From positions 512,001 to 576,000 of the forward strand of contig CAWDYW010000003.1 in NCBI GenBank assembly GCA_963806855.1: DNA of 64,000 nt. The letters are read 5' to 3'. The position numbers were made by a program, and so were the translations under genes. Below the pieces are notes generated by a model that saw nothing but the letters and a program-made list of their open reading frames with translations, was not told where the DNA came from and ran no database searches. This stretch comes from an uncultured Verrucomicrobiae bacterium. Its GTDB lineage: Bacteria > Chlamydiota > Chlamydiia > Chlamydiales > Rhabdochlamydiaceae. Below, piece by piece: positions 28,853 to 37,943 of the stretch (its first letter is position 1; the number at the start of each line of letters is the position of its first letter).

Positions 28853-30308
28853 ATGGAATGGATTCAATTTTACTGGTTTGCCACCTTTTGGTCAATCCGA
28901 TTGCGCAGATCAGGGAGGTGAGGGCGATCACAGTGGGGTAGGAAAGGGAGTTAACGAAAATTTTGAAATTGAGGATCTCAGGGGGATTGGCGATGATTTG
29001 GAGGAGCCATTTGGTATAGAGGGCGTTGAGTTTGCCGAGCGGTGGGAGGAGGATGCCAAGGGGGAGGAGCATGATCGCGATGCCGAGCAGGGGGGTGAGG
29101 AAGAGATTGTAGGGGAGGCTGAGCAGCGGGAAGCAATTAAAAATATAGAGCATAGCGGGCAGGGTGATGAAATGGACGGCGAGGTTGAGGGCGAGGCCGC
29201 TGCGGATGGCGGAGGCGAGCAGGTAGCCATGTTGGTCGAGTAGGGGTAGTTGTTTGAGCTCTGTGAGTTTGCGTGAGGGGAGGAGGAAATGGAGAAATTG
29301 GGTGAATGGGGTGTGGAAGAGGAGGATTCCGAGGGTGGCGAGGAAGCTGAGCTGAAAGCCGATGTTGGTGATCGTGAGCGGATCGAGGAGCAGTTCGAAG
29401 AGTAGGGCGGCGCCGAGGAGATTGAGTGGGTCGCTGCGCCGTTTGAGGAGGAGGCTCAACACGTAGAGGGTGATCATGAGGAAGGCCCGTAGGATGGAAG
29501 GGGTAATGCCTAAAAAGATAAAGTAGAGGAGCAAGAGCCCCAATAGAATGATGTAGGCGGGGCGCGGGGGAAGTGCGGCACGGAGGAGGGTGCCGAGAAG
29601 TGCGGCGATGAGGGCGAAATGGAAGCCGGAGATGGCGAGGATGTGGCCAAGGCCCACTTTGCGAAATTCCATGGCGAGGAGCCACTCGTCGATATCGCCG
29701 GTGGCAATGGAGGCGAAAAAATGAGAGGTTCGGGGATCGGGGACGGTTTTATGAAAATAGCGGCGCACTGCTTCTTTACATTGAAAGCGGAGGTGGACTA
29801 GGGAGAGGTGGTCCTGGAGCTTTTCCCATGGTATATTTTTGTCGGGCTTGAAGAGGAAGCGTTCTTTATTTTCGAGTGTACCGTGGATGTGCCATTTGGT
29901 TCCGGAAGGGGGAGCTTTGTTTTGAATGAGTGTGCAAGGGATATTGGTGTAGGTTTTTCCATTAGCTTCAAAGGTTTTCAGCACTCCTTTTAGAGCGATG
30001 GAACGTTTGAAGGGTGACTGGGTCGGCTGGAGCGCCTCAAGGGAAAAGATTCCATGGCCCTGGAGTGTGGGCTCTGTAGGTAATGTGAATTTAAAAAGAG
30101 TGATCCCGCAACCGGCAATAACGAGGAGCCAACCTACCCATTTTCTCTTCGAAAAAAGGGTGAGTAGAGCGAGAGGGAGAAGATAGATCCAATGGGGGTA
30201 AAGAGCGAAAGCGCAGCCGATGAGGAAATGGAGTCCCCAAAGTAGCAATGGCGAGCTATCGCTTGCGAGGGAGTTCTTGTTCAATGGAACGGTAAATAAG
30301 ACGGACAC
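28842..30308 (-). CDS. comEC: ComEC/Rec2 competence protein
   Basis: GLGHILAISGFH, PSILRA, GFQLSF motifs; start uncertain. Confidence 0.88.
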   Translation of the reverse strand: MSVLFTVPLNKNSLASDSSPLLLWGLHFLIGCAFALYPHWIYLLPLALLTLFSKRKWVGWLLVIAGCGITLFKFTLPTEPTLQGHGIFSLEALQPTQSPFKRSIALKGVLKTFEANGKTYTNIPCTLIQNKAPPSGTKWHIHGTLENKERFLFKPDKNIPWEKLQDHLSLVHLRFQCKEAVRRYFHKTVPDPRTSHFFASIATGDIDEWLLAMEFRKVGLGHILAISGFHFALIAALLGTLLRAALPPRPAYIILLGLLLLYFIFLGITPSILRAFLMITLYVLSLLLKRRSDPLNLLGAALLFELLLDPLTITNIGFQLSFLATLGILLFHTPFTQFLHFLLPSRKLTELKQLPLLDQHGYLLASAIRSGLALNLAVHFITLPAMLYIFNCFPLLSLPYNLFLTPLLGIAIMLLPLGILLPPLGKLNALYTKWLLQIIANPPEILNFKIFVNSLSYPTVIALTSLICAIGLTKRWQTSKIESIPWRS

Positions 30309-31524
30309 CTCTTTGCCCTGTAACGAAGCAGTAAAACCATTCGACCATTACAGCAAATCGGTTGCGGAATCCGATCAGATAGACGATGTGGATGAAACAC
30401 CAGGCGAGCCAAGCGAGGAAGCCTGTGATTTTGAGTTTGCCCATCATGGCGATCGCTTTTTTTGTTCCGATGGTGGCCATGCTCCCCTTGTCGAAATACT
30501 TGAAAGGCGAGCGGTCCTCTTTGGGCACTTGCTTTTTGATGATTTTTGCCACATATTTCCCCTGCTGGATCGCAGTAGGAGCGATTCCGGGCAGCGGCTT
30601 GCCATCGTTGTCTTTGGCAAGAGCAGCGTCGCCAATGACGAACACTTCGGGGTGGCCAGGGATCGTGAGATCGGGTTCGACGATAACGCGGCCAGCACGG
30701 TCGAGGGGGACGTCGAGGCTTTTGAGGAGGGGAGATGCCTGGTTGCCCGCAGCCCAAATGATGTTGACCGACGGGATGAATTCGTCTTCGATTTGGACCC
30801 CTTCTTCGGTGATATTGGTCACTTTTTTCTTAGTGATGACCCGCACGCCCATCTCTTTGAGATCGTTTTCGGCATGGATGCCGAGGCTCTCGGGATACAT
30901 GGGGAGGATGTGGGGCAATGCTTCGATGAGATAGATCTTTGACCGCTCAGGTTTGATCCGCCGAAAGTTCTTAAACAGCGTTTTGTTAGCGATTTCGGCG
31001 ATTGCTCCGGCCATTTCAACGCCAGTTGGTCCGCCGCCGATGATGACGAAGTTGAGATATTTTTCGGCCTCAGAGATCAGGTCCATCCGCTCAGCTTTTT
31101 CAAAAGAGATCAGCACTTGCTCGCGGATTTTTAGGGCATCTTGGATTGTCTTTAAGCCGGGGGCGAGGGGTTCCCATTGGTCATTGCCGAAATAGGAGTG
31201 GCGCGCGCCTGTTGCCAGGACTAGATAATCGTAGGATATCGTGTCACCATTTTGGAGCACCAACTTTCTCCCTTTGGTGTCGATCTTTTCGACATCACCC
31301 ATAATCACCGAGGTGTTCTCTTGATGGCGCAAAATTTCGCGGATCGGAGTGGCGATTTCTCCAGGGGAGAGGGCGGCTGTTGCAACTTGATAAAGAAGAG
31401 GTTGGAAGAGATGGTGATTGGTTTTATCGATGAGGAGGATATCGAGATCAGCTTTTTTCAAAGCTTTTGCAACGGTCAGACCTCCAAAACCGCCTCCGAC
31501 GATGACCAGTTTGGTGTGGGGCAT
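30256..31524 (-). CDS. ndh: type II NADH dehydrogenase
   Basis: GGGFGG, FQPLLYQVAT, GGGPTGVE, YFDKGSMATIG. Confidence 0.92.
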   Translation of the reverse strand: MPHTKLVIVGGGFGGLTVAKALKKADLDILLIDKTNHHLFQPLLYQVATAALSPGEIATPIREILRHQENTSVIMGDVEKIDTKGRKLVLQNGDTISYDYLVLATGARHSYFGNDQWEPLAPGLKTIQDALKIREQVLISFEKAERMDLISEAEKYLNFVIIGGGPTGVEMAGAIAEIANKTLFKNFRRIKPERSKIYLIEALPHILPMYPESLGIHAENDLKEMGVRVITKKKVTNITEEGVQIEDEFIPSVNIIWAAGNQASPLLKSLDVPLDRAGRVIVEPDLTIPGHPEVFVIGDAALAKDNDGKPLPGIAPTAIQQGKYVAKIIKKQVPKEDRSPFKYFDKGSMATIGTKKAIAMMGKLKITGFLAWLAWCFIHIVYLIGFRNRFAVMVEWFYCFVTGQRGVRLIYRSIEQELPRKR

Positions 31525-31593
31525 ACTTCTCTCTTTTAAAAAACGGTATTCTCCCATAAACTTAACTTAAAGACAATTCATTGGCAAACAGAA

Positions 31594-32556
31594 ATGGTAT
31601 ACGTTGAGGACCTGCTTCGTGAGCATGGCAAATCTCTTGGGCTCGATCTAATCGTTGGCAATGAGAAATTGAGACGGAAGATTCCCCGGCCAGAGATTCA
31701 TCGCCCGGGATTAAGCTTAGCCGGCTTCATGAAAAAATTTGTCCCGAACCGGCTGCTGGTGTTTGGCAATAGTGAGGTGCTCTATCTCAAAGAATTGCCT
31801 GCCGAAATGCAAATCGAGCGGCTCAAAGCGATTTTGACCGATGCGACGCCTGCAGTGATCGTCGCCGGAAGATATATTATTCCAAAGAAAATCGTCCAAA
31901 TTTGCCGCGAAAAGAAGATCCCCCTCTTCAAGACCTCACTTCCTACAACCGAGTTCCTCAGCAAAGCCACCTCGCTGCTCGTCGATGAATTTGCTCCGAT
32001 GACCACCTGTCACGGCACTTTTATCGAAGCGTTTGGCCTTGGCGTCCTCATCCAGGGTGATTCCTCGATTGGAAAAAGCGAAGCGGCGCTTGGGCTGATG
32101 GAGAAGGGACACCGTTTAATTTCAGACGATGTGGTCAAATTGCGTCTGCGAAAAGATTCGACCATCGAGGGGAGCGGACCCGAGCTAAACAAGCACATGA
32201 TGGAGATTCGGGGCATTGGGATTATCAATGTGGCCCACCTCTATGGTGCCGTCTGCGTTCGGGGGTCGAAGAGCCTCGATCTGATCGTGAAGCTGGAAGA
32301 GTGGGATGATCAAGCCTTTTATGACCGGATCGGTCTCGACGAAAAGTTTATTGAGATGCTTGGAGTAAATATCCCATATCATATACTGCCTGTAAAACCT
32401 GGACGAGATGTGGTTTTGTTGATTGAGACGATTGTGCTCAACCACCGCTTGAAGTTGATGGGCTACCACTCTGCTCGAGAATTTAATGTGAAATTGTTAG
32501 AGACGATTTCGCGCAAACAGAAAGAAAAAGATCGTGAAGCTATCGCAAAGGGTTAA
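31594..32556 (+). CDS. hprK: HPr kinase/phosphorylase
   Basis: RPGLSLAGF, GDSSIGKSEAAL, HRLISDD, EIRGIGII. Confidence 0.95.
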   Translation: MVYVEDLLREHGKSLGLDLIVGNEKLRRKIPRPEIHRPGLSLAGFMKKFVPNRLLVFGNSEVLYLKELPAEMQIERLKAILTDATPAVIVAGRYIIPKKIVQICREKKIPLFKTSLPTTEFLSKATSLLVDEFAPMTTCHGTFIEAFGLGVLIQGDSSIGKSEAALGLMEKGHRLISDDVVKLRLRKDSTIEGSGPELNKHMMEIRGIGIINVAHLYGAVCVRGSKSLDLIVKLEEWDDQAFYDRIGLDEKFIEMLGVNIPYHILPVKPGRDVVLLIETIVLNHRLKLMGYHSAREFNVKLLETISRKQKEKDREAIAKG

Positions 32557-32815
32557 AGTCAAGAATGATCTGGGATTGCATGCGCGGCCCGCCACCGTCA
32601 TCGCCCGCCTGCTGCAAAAGAGCAAATCTAAGGTCTTATTCACTTTTCATGAGGAAACTATCAACGCTCGTAGTATCATGTCTGTACTGATGCTTGCTGC
32701 GAATAAAAACGCGCAAATATTGGTGACGGTTGAAGGAGATGATGCTCAAGAGACGATGGATAGTCTCGTTGAAGCCTTCAACAATCAGTTTGGGGAACCT
32801 GCGAATGAGCCGTGA
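32534..32815 (+). CDS. ptsH: phosphocarrier HPr
   Basis: GLHARPA, NARSIMSVLML. Confidence 0.95.
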   Translation: MKLSQRVKVKNDLGLHARPATVIARLLQKSKSKVLFTFHEETINARSIMSVLMLAANKNAQILVTVEGDDAQETMDSLVEAFNNQFGEPANEP

Positions 32816-34550
32816 GCCGCGAAAAGAGATTTGGATCCAAGGTGTGCCTGTCAGCGAAGGCATTGCGATTGGATCTCCTTTTTTCCTCAAGGCGATCGAT
32901 GAAGATGTCCCCGATTTTGAAATCACATACAATGAAGTCGATGCCGAAGTGGCTCGCTACCGCAAAGCTCTCTTCTCGAGCAAAGAAGATTTGACCAAAC
33001 TGCGCCAAGATCTGGTCATGGAGGGTTCCGACGAGGCGGTCAGCACGATCGAAACCCACATTCAGATGCTCGAAGATCCGATGATCACCACCGATATGGA
33101 GGGGAAAATTCGGCAGATGCTCCGCAATACCGAATCGGTATTCCACTCAGTGATCAGAGATTACTCCGACCGCTTTTCCGAGCGGACCGATTCTTTCTTC
33201 CAAGAGCGGCTCGTCGACGTGCAAGATGTCTCCAAACGGATCTTAGGCCATTTGCGGACCAAGCAAAATGGCGGCCTCGGCGATATCCCATCGGGCTCGA
33301 TTGTCTTTACTCAAGAAGTGGCTCCCTCTTACACCGCTTCTGCCCATGTAGCCCAGATCAGCGCCTTTGTCACCCATTCAGGTGGGGGGAATTCTCACGC
33401 CGCCCTCATCGCCCGCTCCAAAGGGATCCCTTATGTGGCTGATGTGAACGTTGCTGAAATTGAAAAATTAAACCCTCAAAAGGTGATTGTCGATGCCTAT
33501 GAAGGAGTGATCATCGTCTCTCCAAGTGCTGAGACCACTGCCCAATATAGGGAAAAGCAAAAACAGCTAGCGACCCGCTATCAAGTCTTCCTCGATGAAG
33601 ATCACCTGAATGCCGAAACGATCGACGGTGTTCGCGTGAAACTCTATGTCAACGTCGGGAACCCAAGCGACCTCGATATTTTCCCTTATCGACATGATGG
33701 GGTGGGCCTTTTCCGCACCGAATACCTCTTTTTGCAGACCAAAGAATTCTATCCTTCAGAGAGGTACCAGCAAGAGGCCTACGCCAACCTCATTGCAAGA
33801 ATGGATGGGCGTCCGGTTGTCGTCCGGGCATTCGATTTAGGGGGCGATAAACATCCGAGCCTCTTCCTCGACAGGCAGAAAGAGGCCAATCCGGTCCTCG
33901 GCAACCGGGGGATCCGTTATCTACTGCGCAACCGCGAGCTCTTTAAAATGCAGCTGCGGGCCCTCTTTAGAGCCTCAATCGGCGCCGATGTCCGTCTGCT
34001 GCTCCCGCTCATTTCCGATATCAATGAGCTGCTCACTTCGAAAGAGATCATCGAAGAGGTCAAACAGACGTTGCGACAAGAAGACCCCAACATTCCCGAT
34101 CTTCTCATCGGTTGCATGATCGAGGTTCCTTCGGCCGTGATGGTCTGCGACGCGCTGGCAAAAAACTGCGATTTCCTCTCGGTCGGCACCAACGATCTAG
34201 TCCAATACACCCTCGGCGTCGATCGAAGCAACCCGCTAATGAGCGAACTCTACTATCCGACACACCCCAGCGTCCTGCGGATGATCAAAATGGTGATCAC
34301 CGAAGCCAAGCGCCACGATATCCCCCTCTCCATTTGCGGCGAGATCGCCTCCAGCACCTTGATTATTCCTCTGCTCTTAGGGCTCGGTGTGCGTGACTTC
34401 TCCATCACCCCCCGTTATCTGCCCCCCGTTAAGCAGACGCTACGCAAATGGACCGTCATCGATGCCTACAAACTCGCCCAGCAGGCCCTGGCCCTGACCG
34501 ACCCCAAAGAAATCTCCGATCTTCTACTCGTTTCCCAAAAAAAGCATTAA
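32805..34550 (+). CDS. ptsI: PTS enzyme I
   Basis: SHAALIAR, GVGLFRTEYLF, MIEVPS, SVGTNDLVQY. Confidence 0.95.
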   Translation: MSREPRKEIWIQGVPVSEGIAIGSPFFLKAIDEDVPDFEITYNEVDAEVARYRKALFSSKEDLTKLRQDLVMEGSDEAVSTIETHIQMLEDPMITTDMEGKIRQMLRNTESVFHSVIRDYSDRFSERTDSFFQERLVDVQDVSKRILGHLRTKQNGGLGDIPSGSIVFTQEVAPSYTASAHVAQISAFVTHSGGGNSHAALIARSKGIPYVADVNVAEIEKLNPQKVIVDAYEGVIIVSPSAETTAQYREKQKQLATRYQVFLDEDHLNAETIDGVRVKLYVNVGNPSDLDIFPYRHDGVGLFRTEYLFLQTKEFYPSERYQQEAYANLIARMDGRPVVVRAFDLGGDKHPSLFLDRQKEANPVLGNRGIRYLLRNRELFKMQLRALFRASIGADVRLLLPLISDINELLTSKEIIEEVKQTLRQEDPNIPDLLIGCMIEVPSAVMVCDALAKNCDFLSVGTNDLVQYTLGVDRSNPLMSELYYPTHPSVLRMIKMVITEAKRHDIPLSICGEIASSTLIIPLLLGLGVRDFSITPRYLPPVKQTLRKWTVIDAYKLAQQALALTDPKEISDLLLVSQKKH

Positions 34551-34729
34551 ACTCGACTCGATGTAAAAAATTGAGGCCAGAGTTAAGGCCAGGGTCAGGG
34601 CCAGAGTCGAAGTAATTCCTTGTTAATTCTCCACGGTCGAATTTAAAAGTATTCCATTCTTGAATTTTTACTACCAAATATAATGTGACTTGAGCCAGAG
34701 GATTGTGGTAGAATACCAGAGAAATAAGT

Positions 34730-35239
34730 ATGAAGATCCTCATTTTTGGCATCCCAGGCTCTGGAAAATCCGTCCTCGCACGAGAAGTGTCTGAAGCCTT
34801 GCATCTTCCTATATTTCACATCGACAAACATTTTTTTAAAAAAGGGTGGGTCGAAAGAGATCACGATCATTTTTTAGAAGATGTAAAGTCAGTACTCAAA
34901 ACAGATAATTGGATTATCGATGGGAATGGGATGCGAACTTTGGAAATGCGCTACAAAGAAGCCAATATCGCAATCTACTGTAGGCTCCCAAGAGTTTTGT
35001 GCTTATATAGAATTTTTTATAGATGGCTTTCCACCTTAGGGACTCCTAAAGAGGATGGGCCAGAGGGAGCTACCAACTCCATTTCATGGAAGCTCCTTAA
35101 ATATCTATGGAACTTCCCTGTGAAATATAGAGAAAAAATTGAGCAATTAAAAAAACAATATCCAGGGGTAACGTTCCTGGAAATCAGATCAAGAGATACA
35201 ATGAATCGGATCCAAAATGACTGCCTTGAAATTGTCTGA
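34730..35239 (+). CDS. P-loop kinase, topology-modulation/FlaR-like
   Basis: GIPGSGKS, WIIDGN. Confidence 0.8.
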   Translation: MKILIFGIPGSGKSVLAREVSEALHLPIFHIDKHFFKKGWVERDHDHFLEDVKSVLKTDNWIIDGNGMRTLEMRYKEANIAIYCRLPRVLCLYRIFYRWLSTLGTPKEDGPEGATNSISWKLLKYLWNFPVKYREKIEQLKKQYPGVTFLEIRSRDTMNRIQNDCLEIV

Positions 35240-35281
35240 TCTACAAGTTCATCAGTTAGATTTTAATGCAAGTTAGATAAC

Positions 35282-35815
35282 ATGAAAGCTAAAATAAGCA
35301 CAACTCATCTTGAATCACTCACCTGTCCTCTAAGTCAAGAGATTCAAAAAGAAGCGACCAGGCAATTTGCTATTCTGGCTCAATTTCTCCCAGAACAAAG
35401 AAGTGAAAAATGGATCGCTGAACGTATTGCTTATCAAATTGGCTGGGGACAATTACTGCTATACTGGTATCATACTGGCATCCAAGGAAAAATGCCTCAA
35501 ATGCCTGGAGATGGCTTTACCAAATGGAATTATAAAGCCATTGCGGAGCAATTTTATAAAAAATATTCCTATGATCAAGGCGTGCAACAGGAGAAATGCT
35601 TCCAGAATATTATCTCCGAAATTCTTGCCGTTGTTGAGAACGAATATAGCACAGGGAATTTAGATCATTGTGGGGTATGGCCTTGGTGTACTCTCGCATC
35701 TGGTAAAGAATGGCCGCTCAGCAAATGGGTTCGTGTGAATACTGTCTCGCCCTGGAAAGCGACGTCATCCCTCCTCAAGGAAGGCATGCTGAAAGCCTTA
35801 CATCTCCCTAAATAA
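35282..35815 (+). CDS. ClbS/DfsB-like four-helix-bundle (DinB superfamily) protein
   Basis: AYQIGWGQLLLYWY, PGDGF.KWN, WPLSKWVRVNTVSP. Confidence 0.7.
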   Translation: MKAKISTTHLESLTCPLSQEIQKEATRQFAILAQFLPEQRSEKWIAERIAYQIGWGQLLLYWYHTGIQGKMPQMPGDGFTKWNYKAIAEQFYKKYSYDQGVQQEKCFQNIISEILAVVENEYSTGNLDHCGVWPWCTLASGKEWPLSKWVRVNTVSPWKATSSLLKEGMLKALHLPK

Positions 35816-35853
35816 CCGAGGTATTCACGGCATAGCTATGGCACAGTCATAAC

Positions 35854-36201
35854 CTAATTAGATGCAAAAAGAAATTCCTGAACGGGATGGCCGCCGATTA
35901 GGTGTTCTTGAATGATTCGCTCGAGCACAGCGGGGGTGCAGGAGTGGTACCAGATTCCTTCGGGGTAGACGACGGCGATCGGCCCTTGGGTACAGACGCG
36001 GAGGCAGCCTACTTTAGAGCGGCAGATCCCGCCGAGCTCGCTAAGATTGAGCTCTTTTAGCCTTGTCTTGAGATATTCCCAGGACTCGAGCGCGGTCTCT
36101 TGATTGCAACACTTTGGCTTGCTAGCATCGCAGCATAGAAAAATGTGCCTTTTGACCTGGTTTAAGCCCAATTGTTGGACTTTGTCAGCGAGTGGATCCA
36201 T
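35854..36201 (-). CDS. thioredoxin-like [2Fe-2S] ferredoxin
   Basis: [24 protein letters not shown]. Confidence 0.9.
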   Translation of the reverse strand: MDPLADKVQQLGLNQVKRHIFLCCDASKPKCCNQETALESWEYLKTRLKELNLSELGGICRSKVGCLRVCTQGPIAVVYPEGIWYHSCTPAVLERIIQEHLIGGHPVQEFLFASN

Positions 36202-36506
36202 CAGAGTGAAAAGGGCATGGAACCCATTAAGCCGCCGAGGTCCTCTTTCTCATCGGTCAATTGGGCTGAGGCATTCTCAAAGGCAGCTTTGATCAGATCT
36301 TGCAACCCTTCTATGTCAGATGGATCGACACATTCAGGCTTGATCTTGATCTCGACCATCGAGCCCTGTCCATCGAGGACAATTGTGACGAGGCCGTTAC
36401 CACTCACGCCGGTGATCCGTTTGGTTTGCATCTCTTCGCGCATCTTTGAATATTGCTCTTGCATTGCGCGCGCTTGCTTTTTCATTTTGGAAAATCCGCT
36501 TCCCAT
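36201..36506 (-). CDS. ybaB: YbaB/EbfC nucleoid-associated protein
   Basis: [19 protein letters not shown]; follows dnaX. Confidence 0.92.
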   Translation of the reverse strand: MGSGFSKMKKQARAMQEQYSKMREEMQTKRITGVSGNGLVTIVLDGQGSMVEIKIKPECVDPSDIEGLQDLIKAAFENASAQLTDEKEDLGGLMGSMPFSL

Positions 36507-36516
36507 TACTTTACTC

Positions 36517-37857
36517 CTATTTTACCGACCCCTCGAGTTCAACAGCAGCGAACCGGATTAAGGTGTCATATTTGCTGGGATGTTGCTTGGGGGTTTTGGG
36601 TTCTTCTTTAATTGGTTCAACGATTTTTGGTTTTTCTTGAATCGGTTCAATGATTTTTGGTTCTACTTTGATTGATTCAGCAACTTTTGGTTCTACTTTG
36701 ATCGGTTCGGGGATTTGCTCTACCACTTCGCCACTTTTCAGCCGCGCTTCGAGTTCGATCAGCCTGCCCACGAGCGATTCGAGCGAAATTTTGCGCAAAG
36801 AGCGAGTCAGATCGAGAAGAAGCATTTCGAGGTGGATCTGCTTGAAGGGGGTCTTTTGCATCGATTGCTGCCACTGGATCAACTTGTCGAGGAGCAGCAA
36901 ACATTGCTCCTTGGTATAGCCGGAGGCCCATTTTTTGTAGATGCCACGCGCCGGCTCACCTAGTTGGATAGCCAAGTAGGTGCGGAAATGTTCGAGGAGG
37001 CTATCGATGGCCGCGCCGATGTCTTTGCCCGATTCGTAGAATTCTCGAGCGAGCGCGACGGCGCTCTCGAGATTGTGGGTCTGGATCGTATCGTCGAGTT
37101 TGGCAAGCAGATCCTGAGTCAGCAGTCCAAAGATCGCTCTCACGCCATCAAATGTCAGTTTTGTCTCGCCGGCGCAGATCAGTTGGTCGAGCATCGATTC
37201 GGCATCGCGCAGGGAACCTTCAGAGAGGTGGCTGATTTGGAGCAGCGCCTCGTCTTCGGCAGCGATATCGAGGCTTGTGCAAATGAGCCGAAGTTTTTCT
37301 ACTAAGGCCTTTTCTGGAATGCGTGTCAAATTGAAACGCTGGCAGCGGCTGATGATCGTGGGTGGCAGCTTATGGGGCTCGGTGGTGGCGAAGAAAAATT
37401 TGACATGCCTGGGGGGCTCTTCCAGGGTTTTGAGCAGGGCGTTGAAGGCCTCTTTAGTCAGCATGTGCACTTCGTCGATGATGTAGATCTTGTAGGTGCC
37501 GCGGTTCGGAGCATAGCCAACTGTTTCATTGATTTGCCGGATGTCGTCGATACCCCGGTTGGAGGCGCCGTCGATTTCGATCACATCGAGGCTCCGTCCT
37601 TCGGCAATCTCAACGCAGCTGCTACAGGTGCAGCAAGGCTCAAAGCCCTCTTTGAGCTCTGTGCAGTTGAGGCTTTTGGCAAATAGGCGAGCCAGCGTTG
37701 TCTTTCCGCAGCCGCGCGAGCCGCAAAAGAGATAGGCCTGCCCGATACGCCCCTGTGTGATGGCATTTTTTAACGTGGTGACCGTCGCATCCTGTCCGAA
37801 TACATCGGAGAACCGCTTTGGCCGAAACCTTCTAGGAATGATTTGATATTTTTCCAT
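36517..37857 (-). CDS. dnaX: DNA polymerase III subunit gamma/tau
   Basis: GSRGCGKTT, EIDGASNRG, IIDEVHML, FNALLKTLEEPP, SRC. Confidence 0.96.
   Translation of the reverse strand: MEKYQIIPRRFRPKRFSDVFGQDATVTTLKNAITQGRIGQAYLFCGSRGCGKTTLARLFAKSLNCTELKEGFEPCCTCSSCVEIAEGRSLDVIEIDGASNRGIDDIRQINETVGYAPNRGTYKIYIIDEVHMLTKEAFNALLKTLEEPPRHVKFFFATTEPHKLPPTIISRCQRFNLTRIPEKALVEKLRLICTSLDIAAEDEALLQISHLSEGSLRDAESMLDQLICAGETKLTFDGVRAIFGLLTQDLLAKLDDTIQTHNLESAVALAREFYESGKDIGAAIDSLLEHFRTYLAIQLGEPARGIYKKWASGYTKEQCLLLLDKLIQWQQSMQKTPFKQIHLEMLLLDLTRSLRKISLESLVGRLIELEARLKSGEVVEQIPEPIKVEPKVAESIKVEPKIIEPIQEKPKIVEPIKEEPKTPKQHPSKYDTLIRFAAVELEGSVK
36595..36714 (-). repeat. four degenerate 30-bp tandem repeats in the dnaX linker
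   Basis: IPEPIKVEPK VAESIKVEPK IIEPIQEKPK IVEPIKEEPK. Confidence 0.8.
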
Positions 37858-37943
37858 ACTAAGTTTAAGTATAAAGGAATGGAACTTTTTTCCACAGGTG
37901 TGTATATTACTCGGACGATAAAGCAAAAATTTGACCTAAGAAT

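Noticed and set aside
31594..34550. hprK-ptsH-ptsI without sugar-specific EII genes
   Set aside because: An incomplete, regulatory PTS is already known in this group; EII genes could also lie outside the window.
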